Shown one piece after another: positions 50,483-59,145 of a stretch of 64,000 bases of DNA. The stretch lies in assembly GCA_019638285.1 (NCBI GenBank), contig JAHBUB010000006.1, forward strand, positions 44,219 through 108,218. Reading direction: 5' to 3'. The position numbers and the translations under genes were made by a program. The notes under the pieces were generated by a model. It searched no databases. It was not told the origin of the DNA and saw only the letters and a list, made by a program, of their open reading frames with translations. The number at the start of each line of letters is the position of its first letter. The first letter of the stretch is position 1. This stretch comes from Cyclobacteriaceae bacterium (lineage in GTDB: Bacteria > Bacteroidota > Bacteroidia > Cytophagales > Cyclobacteriaceae).

Positions 50483-51646
50483 ATGCAAACCTCACGAATA
50501 ATCACGCTGCTCTTTTTGCTTTTACTATGTGCCGCTCATGCACAAACTAAAAAGCCAAGAGCAAGAGATCTAAAAATTCCGTTTGACGGTACACCCGGAA
50601 AATTCAATGCCATCACCGATGTGCCTGGTGTTGAAGTAGGGCAGAAAACCATCATTAAAGGAAATGGTAAACTGGAAGTGGGCAAAGGTCCCGTTCGAAC
50701 AGGAGTAACAGCTGTCTTTCCCCTCGGGAAAAATTCCATCGATCGTGTATTTGCTTCTTGGTTTACTTTAAATGGCAATGGTGAAATGACTGGAACCACC
50801 TGGATCGATGAATCCGGTTGCCTGGGTTCGCCCATTTTAATTACCAACACGCACAGTGTGGGAACAGTACGAGATGCAGTTATTCAATGGTATGTAAACA
50901 AAAATTTGAGTGAAGGCGGTTACTCCGGAGATTATAGTTTGCCAGTAGTGGCGGAAACATGGGACGGGTTTTTAAATGACATTAACGGATTTCATGTAAA
51001 ACAACAGGATGTATTTGAAGCCATGCAAGGAGCTACTTCAGGTCCTGTTGCTGAAGGAAACGTAGGGGGCGGCACCGGAATGATCGTTCATAGTTTCAAA
51101 GGAGGTATAGGTACTTCATCCAGAATTGTAGAAACTAAAATTGGCAACTACACTGTCGGTGTGTTAGTACAAGCCAACTATGGATCGCGGAATCAATTGA
51201 CCATTGCAGGTGTACCTGTAGGAAAAGAAATTACTGATTTAATGCCTACTGAAGGAAAGCCCGATGAAGATCAGGGGTCCATTATTGTAGTGGCAGCCAC
51301 CGATGCTCCCTTCCTGCCCCATCAACTTCATCGTTTGGTGAAGCGTGTGGCCTTGGGAGTGGGCGCCATGGGCGGAAGAGGAGGAAATACCTCCGGAGAT
51401 ATTTTTATTGCGTTCTCTACGGCCAATCCCGAAGCGGGTGCAATGGATAAGCTCGCCAGCCTTAAAATGTTCCCCAACGAAATGATTAACCCCTTCTTTG
51501 AGGCAGTGACGCAGGCCACCGAGGAGTCTATTGTGAACGCCATGGTTGCCGCAGAAACCATGGTTGGGGTAAATGGAAATAAGGTGTATGCCATCCCTCA
51601 TGATCGATTAATTGAGGTAATGAAGAAATACAACCGATTGAAGTAG
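50483..51646 (+). CDS. DmpA/P1 family aminopeptidase (S58), secreted
   Basis: NAITDVPGV.VG, RTGVTA, EGNVGGGTGM, autocleavage G|SIIVV.ATDAP. ATG 50483 preferred; the ORF-track start overlaps the nitroreductase. Confidence 0.92.
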   Translation: MQTSRIITLLFLLLLCAAHAQTKKPRARDLKIPFDGTPGKFNAITDVPGVEVGQKTIIKGNGKLEVGKGPVRTGVTAVFPLGKNSIDRVFASWFTLNGNGEMTGTTWIDESGCLGSPILITNTHSVGTVRDAVIQWYVNKNLSEGGYSGDYSLPVVAETWDGFLNDINGFHVKQQDVFEAMQGATSGPVAEGNVGGGTGMIVHSFKGGIGTSSRIVETKIGNYTVGVLVQANYGSRNQLTIAGVPVGKEITDLMPTEGKPDEDQGSIIVVAATDAPFLPHQLHRLVKRVALGVGAMGGRGGNTSGDIFIAFSTANPEAGAMDKLASLKMFPNEMINPFFEAVTQATEESIVNAMVAAETMVGVNGNKVYAIPHDRLIEVMKKYNRLK

Positions 51647-51674
51647 TATATTTCATCCCTCAAAACTGTCTGGT

Positions 51675-52400
51675 ATGCGCTTTGGTTTTTTTACAGTCTG
51701 TATTGTCTTTCTATCATCATGTGCTCCCATTTACGTGCCTAACGTAAGAAATACCCCTCTGTTCAATGGACGGGGTGAATTTCAGGGGTCTGCATTTATC
51801 GGAACGGGTATTGATTTGCAGGGTGCCCTTGCGCTGTCGGACCACATTGGAGTAATCGGAAATTATTCCTTCCTCAATGAAACCCGAAACGACCCTTTCG
51901 ATCTAAGTCAAAAATTTAAACGGAAGAATAATTTTTTTGAAGGCGGTGTTGGATACTACAAAGCTTCGCGCACGGGAAGAGTGGAGTTGTATGTTGGATA
52001 TGGACAAGGCAAGAGCACTACTACCGGACAGTATGGATTTCTTGGCTTGGGTCAACAGGAGGTGATTGTCACCGGAAAATACAATCGCATTTTTATACAG
52101 CCTTCTATCGGCACTAACTATGGAGGCTTCAATCTCGCCTTTACGCCAAGATTTTCTCTTGTCAATTTTAAGGAGTTCCAATCTGGAGCTATTGTAGAAA
52201 CTCCAGAGGAAGGAGCCCATTTATTTATTGAGCCCGCTGCCACTGCCCGATTTAGATTGGGAGGAAACCTAAATGGTATGTTTCAATTGGGATTAAACAT
52301 GCCGATGCCCAATGATGCTTTCTTCGATTATGTACCGATACAAGCTTCTATTGGCATACAACTGCATTTAGGTGAAAGCATGAGGGCTAGAGGTCATTAA
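51675..52400 (+). CDS. Hypothetical lipoprotein with outer-membrane beta-strand pattern
   Basis: Lipobox LSSC and repeated amphipathic strands. Confidence 0.65.
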   Translation: MRFGFFTVCIVFLSSCAPIYVPNVRNTPLFNGRGEFQGSAFIGTGIDLQGALALSDHIGVIGNYSFLNETRNDPFDLSQKFKRKNNFFEGGVGYYKASRTGRVELYVGYGQGKSTTTGQYGFLGLGQQEVIVTGKYNRIFIQPSIGTNYGGFNLAFTPRFSLVNFKEFQSGAIVETPEEGAHLFIEPAATARFRLGGNLNGMFQLGLNMPMPNDAFFDYVPIQASIGIQLHLGESMRARGH

Positions 52401-52404
52401 TACC

Positions 52405-53877
52405 TTACGTTCTCAAATGTTTCGGTATCAACGCTTTCTCTAACAACTCAAATAGAAACTCGACTACAATAGCCAGCACTGCCGCAGGTATTGCTCCCTG
52501 CAAAATCAACTGTGTGTTGTTTAGCGCCAACCCCGTAACAATAAATTCTCCCAGTCCTCCGGCTCCAATAAAGGCAGCCAATGTAGCCGTGCCTATTGTA
52601 ATTACTGCGGCTGTGCGAATACCCGCCAAAATAGATGGCATGGCCAAAGGCAACTCTACAAAACGTAGTTGTTGAATAGTAGTCATCCCCATGCCCGTAG
52701 CCACTTTTCTTAGTATGGGATCAACAGAGGTAAGTCCTGTGGTTACGTTTCTTAAAATTGGCAACAACGCATAGAGAAACAATGCAGTGATAGCAGGCAC
52801 GCTCCCTATACCCAACAAGGGAATCATTAATGCGAGCAGAGCAATGGAGGGTATCGTTTGTAACAACCCCACAAAATATAATACAGGACGACTGATCCCT
52901 GAAAAAATATAAAGCAGAATGCCCAACGGCATCGCTACCAGAATTGCCAACCCCAGAGAAATGGCTGTTATACCCAAATGGGTCCAGGTCTTGCCTGCAA
53001 TTTCCGTCCACATACCAGGCTCAGTTCTCGATACATTTGACTGTACCAGATTTTTTCTCAATAAAAATGAATGTGCTACTTCGCTGAAAGACTTTTTTTC
53101 GAACAGCACTTCTGAATTCATCGCTTGCATCTCTTCCTCAGAGATCATCCCTTCCAATTTATTGGCAATCGCTTTTATCTTAGGGTCAAGCGTCTGGTTA
53201 TATACTGCCACGGCATAATAAGAGGGGAAGAACCTCAAATCATCTACTAATAAAAACAAATTGTATTTTTCTATCTCCCCATCAGTTGAATAAACATCTG
53301 TAAGTTCAATTTTATTACTGTTAATTGCCTGGTATGCCAATCCATGTTCAATGCCTGAAGGATTCAATTTCAATTGATATGTACTCTTCAAATTTTTCCA
53401 TCCATCCTTTCGTTTTAAAAATTCATAGCTCACGGCCGCAACCATATTATTTGCTTTCCGTAAATCTGAAATTGTTTTCAGTCCTCTCGATTCTGCAATT
53501 TTTGGTGTGGTGGCCAGTGCATAGGTATTATTAAATCCAAACGAAGGAGATATCTCTAACCCCAGTTGAGATTGTAATTCTTCATTAAGTGTTTGATGAT
53601 TGAGCCTTTTATCACTTTTCAATATTTCCTCGGCCAGCGAGCCTGTATATTCTGGATAAAGATCTATTGATCCTCCGCGCAAAGCCGCATAACAAACGGC
53701 AGTTCCCCCCAAATTAAATTTTCTTTCAACCCTATATCCTTCATTTTCAATGAGCTGTGCTAGCATTTCACCCAAAATATAACCTTCGTTAAAATGCTTT
53801 GCCCCTACGCGTATGGTCTGACCGCTTGCGCTCACACAGAAAATCAATAAGGTTGTTATGGCAAGGAAATACCTCAC
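52405..53877 (-). CDS. Osmoprotectant (betaine/choline/ergothioneine-type) ABC transporter, fused binding protein and permease
   Basis: YPEYTG, FNNTYAL, DVYSTDG, FFPSY, then QTIPSIALLA and ATLAAFIGAGGLG. Confidence 0.88.
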   Translation of the reverse strand: MRYFLAITTLLIFCVSASGQTIRVGAKHFNEGYILGEMLAQLIENEGYRVERKFNLGGTAVCYAALRGGSIDLYPEYTGSLAEEILKSDKRLNHQTLNEELQSQLGLEISPSFGFNNTYALATTPKIAESRGLKTISDLRKANNMVAAVSYEFLKRKDGWKNLKSTYQLKLNPSGIEHGLAYQAINSNKIELTDVYSTDGEIEKYNLFLLVDDLRFFPSYYAVAVYNQTLDPKIKAIANKLEGMISEEEMQAMNSEVLFEKKSFSEVAHSFLLRKNLVQSNVSRTEPGMWTEIAGKTWTHLGITAISLGLAILVAMPLGILLYIFSGISRPVLYFVGLLQTIPSIALLALMIPLLGIGSVPAITALFLYALLPILRNVTTGLTSVDPILRKVATGMGMTTIQQLRFVELPLAMPSILAGIRTAAVITIGTATLAAFIGAGGLGEFIVTGLALNNTQLILQGAIPAAVLAIVVEFLFELLEKALIPKHLRT

Positions 53878-54545
53878 GATTGAAGTGGAAATAATTTTCC
53901 GTTTTCAAATTTAAGTTGTGTGTCTCCCAATTTTATTGCCTCCTCAGAATCATGGGTCACCATAACAATACATCTTGGCTCTTTGTGTTGAAGTTTAATG
54001 ACCTCTGCATGAATGTCCTGTTTTGTATCAGTATCCAATGAAGAAAATGGTTCGTCTAATAACATAAAAAGAGGGTTAAGTAATATTGCTCGGCAAAGCC
54101 CTACCCTTTGCTGCTCTCCCCCTGATAATTGATAGGGGTATTTTTTCTTATGACTTTCAGACAAGTTGACCAACTCCATCAATTCTTTTGTTCGTTTTAT
54201 CTTTTGCTCCTTACCCCAGCCCGCCAGCACACCAGGCAATGTGATGTTTTCAAAAACAGTGAGGTGAGGAAAAAGACCAACTGATTGCACCGCATAACCG
54301 ATGGTGCGCCTAATCTGATGGATATTCTCGTAGTCAATAGGTTTGCCCAATAAACTTACGGTGCCTTCGTAGGGGCGGATAAGTCCGTTGATAATTTGAA
54401 GCAACGTAGACTTGCCGCTGCCACTTTTTCCAAGGATGGCGGTTATCTTTTCCGCTTCAATTTCAAGCGAAAGTTTATCGAAGATGATATGATCACCATA
54501 CCGATGAGAAACCCGATCCAATTGTATGGCGCTACTCATCAACAT
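53874..54545 (-). CDS. ABC transporter ATPase (OpuBA/ProV-like, no CBS)
   Basis: GKSGSGKST, IGYAVQ..GLFPH, LSGGEQQRVG, LLDEPF. Confidence 0.9.
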   Translation of the reverse strand: MLMSSAIQLDRVSHRYGDHIIFDKLSLEIEAEKITAILGKSGSGKSTLLQIINGLIRPYEGTVSLLGKPIDYENIHQIRRTIGYAVQSVGLFPHLTVFENITLPGVLAGWGKEQKIKRTKELMELVNLSESHKKKYPYQLSGGEQQRVGLCRAILLNPLFMLLDEPFSSLDTDTKQDIHAEVIKLQHKEPRCIVMVTHDSEEAIKLGDTQLKFENGKLFPLQS

Positions 54546-55305
54546 TCAGGGTTTCGTATACAATCCGCAATCCATTTAAAGTAAGGTTGGGTTCTACCCA
54601 ATCAAAAAAATCATGAAGCGGAGTGATTACAGAAGAGAGTCCTCCTGTAGCTACCACAGGACAATCCTCTTTCAACTCTCTGCGTATTTCATTCACCATC
54701 GACTTTATCAGGCCGTTGTAACCAACCAATATGCCCGATTGAATGGCAGTAATGGTACTTGTGCCCAGGGCAGAAGTTGGCATTTGTAATGGCACATCAA
54801 AAAGCCTCGCTGTATTTTGTGTAAGGGATTTGATAGCGGTCTTTAATCCAGGTGCGATAGACACTCCCAATATTTTTCCTGTTGAGGACAAAGCAGTGAA
54901 CGTAAGTGCAGTACCAAAATCTACAACAATGCAGGTATTCTTATAGTGGTCATAAGCTGCAATGGCATTGGAGACAAGATCTGAGCCTATCTCGTATGGA
55001 TTCAATACTTCAATCGCCAATCGATTATAGATGGCCGGACCAAGTATGATCGGCTTCTTTCCCAATAAAATTTTAATTACCCCAGTGAGTTTGTCAGTAA
55101 GGACAGGGACTACGCTGCTCAACACAATGGTTTCAATTTTAGCAACGTCCACCTTGGCCTCAAAAAAATAATCTCTTAGTTTTATTCCGTAAAATAATTC
55201 CGGTTGATCCGGTTTTGTGGGAATGCGCCAAATGTGTAGCCATGTATTGCCGTTCCAAAGTCCGATGGTGGTGTCGCTGTTACCTATATCAAGTGCAAGA
55301 AGCAT
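54532..55305 (-). CDS. coaX: Type III pantothenate kinase
   Basis: LALDIGNS, VVDFGTA.T, I.PG, ATGG. Confidence 0.9.
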   Translation of the reverse strand: MLLALDIGNSDTTIGLWNGNTWLHIWRIPTKPDQPELFYGIKLRDYFFEAKVDVAKIETIVLSSVVPVLTDKLTGVIKILLGKKPIILGPAIYNRLAIEVLNPYEIGSDLVSNAIAAYDHYKNTCIVVDFGTALTFTALSSTGKILGVSIAPGLKTAIKSLTQNTARLFDVPLQMPTSALGTSTITAIQSGILVGYNGLIKSMVNEIRRELKEDCPVVATGGLSSVITPLHDFFDWVEPNLTLNGLRIVYETLNVDE

Positions 55306-55329
55306 CGTGTGTTGAACTTTGGTAGAGGG

Positions 55330-55611
55330 CTAATTTACTACTTCTACCCCCTTCCAAAAAGCTATCCTGTTCTTAATTACTTTTGCGGCATCCTTTGGTT
55401 CTGAATAATACCATGCCGCGTCAGGGTTTTCTTTGCCACCAACGTTCAGATTATAATAAGATGCCGTTCCCTTCCAGGCGCAAACTGTGTTGGATGAGGA
55501 GCCTGAAAAAAATTCCTTTTTAATTGCGTCAACTGGAAAATAATGATTGCCTTCTATGACTACTGTGTCATCACTTTCTGCCAGCACTTGACCGTTCCAA
55601 ATCGCTTTCAT
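55330..55611 (-). CDS. DUF427 family protein
   Basis: LAESD.T...EGNHYFP, C.WKG.ASYY, AAWYY..P...A..I..RIAFW. Confidence 0.92.
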   Translation of the reverse strand: MKAIWNGQVLAESDDTVVIEGNHYFPVDAIKKEFFSGSSSNTVCAWKGTASYYNLNVGGKENPDAAWYYSEPKDAAKVIKNRIAFWKGVEVVN

Positions 55612-55782
55612 GTTATTTTGTGTTTTATTTTATATATAACCAACCCAAACGGATGTAGCATCGTTCCCACTATTTAGCGGATCTTCATAAATACTGTTGT
55701 GCCCTTTAATCACAAACAAAACAGGGGATGCCTGTTTTATCTTTTCGTGCAAAGACACAAAGTGAATCGTTTGTACTTTTGA

Positions 55783-56601
55783 TTAATAATCCGTTTTAAC
55801 ACTTCTATTTATTGGAAGTCCCAACTGATAGCGAATGTCTTCATCTCTGGTTTCATCCACCACATCCAACCCATACTTTATCTTTTTAGGGTCATCGTAA
55901 ACCATCGTTCCAAATATTCGATCCCAGAAAGAAAAGATGTTTCCAAAATTGGTGTCTGTCCACGGACGCTCAAAGTGATGATGAAACTTATGCATGTTGG
56001 GTGTGATAAACACAAGGCTCAGTATTTTATCTAACCATCGTGGCATATTGATATTGGCGTGGGTGAAATAGGTAAAGAATATTGTGCAAATTCTATAAAA
56101 TAAATAAAATGCAATGGGCGCACCGATGATCACTATCGCAATAAGGGTAAACACTTCGCGTAAAAAATAATCACCCGGATGATGACGAGTGCCAGTGGTC
56201 ACATCCACTTTGGTGTCACTGTGATGCACCATATGAAATTTCCACATCCACGTAACACGATGCAATAAATAGTGTACTACATATTGTGCTACTAAATCAA
56301 GAAACATTACTGTGATAAGCAATTCCAACCATACTGGAAGATCTACATAATGCAACAATCCAATTTGCTTTGTGCCTATGAGGGCAAAGACTCCTACTAT
56401 AAAAATTCCGAATAACAGGTTGATCACAAAAGTAAAAAGCAGGAAGACCAAATTAACTCCATCGTGTTTCCATTTGGAATATTGGTGTTTTGCCAAAGGA
56501 TAGTTCCCCTCCAAAATCCAACATACTACAAGGCAAGTAACTACACACGCCAATTTTTGCCAAGTGGGCATCGTCTCAAAAAAAGTAAGGAATGAATCCA
56601 T
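55783..56601 (-). CDS. Sterol desaturase/fatty-acid hydroxylase family membrane protein
   Basis: His boxes HYLLHR, FHMVHHSD, RHHP, HKFHHH, then NFGNIF.FWDRIFGT. Confidence 0.92.
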   Translation of the reverse strand: MDSFLTFFETMPTWQKLACVVTCLVVCWILEGNYPLAKHQYSKWKHDGVNLVFLLFTFVINLLFGIFIVGVFALIGTKQIGLLHYVDLPVWLELLITVMFLDLVAQYVVHYLLHRVTWMWKFHMVHHSDTKVDVTTGTRHHPGDYFLREVFTLIAIVIIGAPIAFYLFYRICTIFFTYFTHANINMPRWLDKILSLVFITPNMHKFHHHFERPWTDTNFGNIFSFWDRIFGTMVYDDPKKIKYGLDVVDETRDEDIRYQLGLPINRSVKTDY

Positions 56602-56729
56602 AGTAGAATAGTGCTCACTAAAATACAGTTTTCTATGAAGAAATTACATAGCATTTAAAATGCTGTGTTACCCGACTTGTTGATCTTTCCATTTCAAATC
56701 GTTCCATTGAACCATATTGGAGAATTCTA

Positions 56730-59078
56730 TTAAAACTCAATCCGATAGCTTAGTATAGGTAATAGCGGTAACTGATACCATTTTTTAATGTCGCCACTGC
56801 TTGTATCAAAATATTGGCCTCCCAGGTTTTGATGGTTGGTAATATTTTGAATATCCAATGACAAAGTAGAAGTTGATCTGTCTTTGTTTCTTTTCAGGCT
56901 CACACGAAAGTCTGTTCTGAAATAATTGGGCAATTGTTCTGTAAAGGCAAGATTTTCCACATATTGGGTTTGCCCTTCTGCTACGCTTTTTTGATAATCA
57001 ATGGGTGTATCTCTGAATCCTCCTGTATAGATAGTTCTTATGTTCAAGCCAAAAGTTCTATTCTTTTTCCAATTGTATTCTTTACCGCCAGTGAAGCTAA
57101 AAGCAAAATTCCCGTTAAATCGTGAGTTGCGCAACACGCCATCCAGCGCTTTATATTTCGAATCATAAAGTGAAGAGGAAAGGAGAAAATAAGTATTGTT
57201 GTGAAAGAATTGCTCCAAAGTAAGTTCAAGGCCGTAATTTCTTCCTGTGCCTTTGTTCACCAAGGGCTTGGTCAAATATCCTTCTTCTACCACCAAAGTA
57301 GAAATTGGGCTAGTAGGGTCATCTTCTACGGCTATGTTATACAAGGGTTGATAATACGTCTCTGCCTTTATTCGGGTGTATTGACTTAGTGCACGATCAT
57401 AAGCCAGAACAAAATGCTGTGACTTGTTCAACCCCACATTTTTATTGGGTTGGGTAATGTTTCCCATTCCATCATCAATTTCAGTTTCATATATTCCTAT
57501 CGGTTGAACCTGACTGTGTGATCCATATCCTACACTGATCGATTGTTTATCATCAAGAGCATATTTTAACGATGCCCGGGATTCTAAAGACTTGGAATGA
57601 TTATCTGTTAGCTCTAAATAATGCAATCCGACATTCATAGTTATCCGATCCGTTATTCTGTGATTCCATTGAGAAAATAATTGAATGGTATTGGCCCTGC
57701 TCTTTGAATTGAGAAACTCATCTACGGCTTGTGTTTCTGAGTTTCGTTTTCTTAACTTGAGATTATAAAAATATTGATTGAAATAAATGCCTGATCGTAA
57801 ACTGTTTTTTGCATTGAATTTGTGATTGAGTACCGAGCTGACAGTTATTTTTTCATTCAAATATTTTTGTTGATATTCAAATCTTCGTGAGTAGTCGTCC
57901 TCCACCCTAAACTCATCATCTCCATTGTTGTTGCCGGAAAATAAAACAGAAGATTGCACGTAGGTGTTGTTGCCCACATTGAACAAGTGCTTAACTCCAG
58001 CAGCACCCGTGTTGGAAAAATATCTTGAATCATAACGTAAATATTCCTCCTCCCATTTTGTTGAATCTCTGTCAGCCTCTTGCTTCTGATCACTCAATCC
58101 GCCAAACCCAAACAAAGAAAAATTACCAAATCTATTGGTCGGCATATAAAAGTGATAACTGAGGTCTTGAAAATTAGTAACAGCATCTCCAATATTTACA
58201 CCCAGCTTACTAAGAACACTCAAAGTTGAGTATCTATAATTGATCAAATACGAACCTTTATAATCTTTGCTAAATGGGCCTTCGACTGCTACATCTGTTC
58301 CTAAAAAACCAGCCTGCAAAGTATATTCTCTTTTTTCATTATTCCCTTTTCGGAGGTTTAGATCAAAAACACCTGCCAATGCATTTCCATATTCCGCTGG
58401 AAAGGCTCCCGTAATAAAATCAGAGTTGGTTAGCAGTTGAGAACTCAAAATCGAAATGCCTCCACCGGAAGTGCCCACATTGGCAAAGTGGTTGGGGTTG
58501 GGAATATCTACTCCTTCCATTCTCCACAACAAGCCATAGGGCGAGTTACCTCGAATAGAGATTGTGTTGTTACCATCATCTCCGGAGACTACGCCTGCAT
58601 AAGAATTGACCATACGGGCAGGGTCATCAACGGCCGCAGCAAACTTACGGGTTTCTTCTACTGAGAATGTGCGCGCACTCACCACAGCCATTTCGTTGAG
58701 AGGCCTATCTTTATCAACGTCCGGCCTTACAATAATCTCGTCCATTTGCGTAATGTCTTCTTCAATGGCAACATTTAGCACTACTTCCTTACCGGAATTC
58801 ACCGTAATATTTGGCAAGACCATTTCTTTATAACCAATAAAAGAAATTCGCAACGAGATATTTCCTACCGGCACATTGGTGAGCTTAAAATTCCCATCAT
58901 AGTCGGTGGTGGTGCCAACAACGGGGTTTGAGCCGATAATAATAATGGTGGCGCCAGGTAACGCAGTTTGCGTTACTCTATCGAGCACCTGCCCTCTTAC
59001 GGTTTGATTAAGGCCTTGTGATGATGCGGTAAACACGGTAAAAAGGGTCATTGCGATCGTTAAACTCAGTTTTGACAT
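56730..59078 (-). CDS. TonB-dependent receptor with N-terminal carboxypeptidase-regulatory-like domain
   Basis: Signal ASS|Q. Plug NTISIRGNSP...EG..IPNPNHF. C-terminus LPILSYRIEF. Confidence 0.92.
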   Translation of the reverse strand: MSKLSLTIAMTLFTVFTASSQGLNQTVRGQVLDRVTQTALPGATIIIIGSNPVVGTTTDYDGNFKLTNVPVGNISLRISFIGYKEMVLPNITVNSGKEVVLNVAIEEDITQMDEIIVRPDVDKDRPLNEMAVVSARTFSVEETRKFAAAVDDPARMVNSYAGVVSGDDGNNTISIRGNSPYGLLWRMEGVDIPNPNHFANVGTSGGGISILSSQLLTNSDFITGAFPAEYGNALAGVFDLNLRKGNNEKREYTLQAGFLGTDVAVEGPFSKDYKGSYLINYRYSTLSVLSKLGVNIGDAVTNFQDLSYHFYMPTNRFGNFSLFGFGGLSDQKQEADRDSTKWEEEYLRYDSRYFSNTGAAGVKHLFNVGNNTYVQSSVLFSGNNNGDDEFRVEDDYSRRFEYQQKYLNEKITVSSVLNHKFNAKNSLRSGIYFNQYFYNLKLRKRNSETQAVDEFLNSKSRANTIQLFSQWNHRITDRITMNVGLHYLELTDNHSKSLESRASLKYALDDKQSISVGYGSHSQVQPIGIYETEIDDGMGNITQPNKNVGLNKSQHFVLAYDRALSQYTRIKAETYYQPLYNIAVEDDPTSPISTLVVEEGYLTKPLVNKGTGRNYGLELTLEQFFHNNTYFLLSSSLYDSKYKALDGVLRNSRFNGNFAFSFTGGKEYNWKKNRTFGLNIRTIYTGGFRDTPIDYQKSVAEGQTQYVENLAFTEQLPNYFRTDFRVSLKRNKDRSTSTLSLDIQNITNHQNLGGQYFDTSSGDIKKWYQLPLLPILSYRIEF

Positions 59079-59100
59079 AAATTTTATCTTTTTATGCCCT

Positions 59101-59130
59101 TATGACAACCGAATATGAAAAAACCCCTAT
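59101..59130 (-). promoter_or_regulatory. Putative ECF promoter of the TonB receptor
   Basis: Minus strand ATAGGGGT-N12-GGTTGTCATA. Same boxes and spacing as at 62641-62670. Confidence 0.75.
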
Positions 59131-59145
59131 GTGATTAGTAAAAAA

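Noticed and set aside
50455-50484. ACCCCTAT matching the ECF -35 box upstream of the nitroreductase
   Set aside because: The partner box is degenerate (ACACAAC) and about 3 nt too close, and the match overlaps the DmpA start codon.
54532-55305. CoaX has GSDL instead of the usual GADR
   Set aside because: The other motifs are intact. A single substitution is not enough to claim altered function without an alignment.
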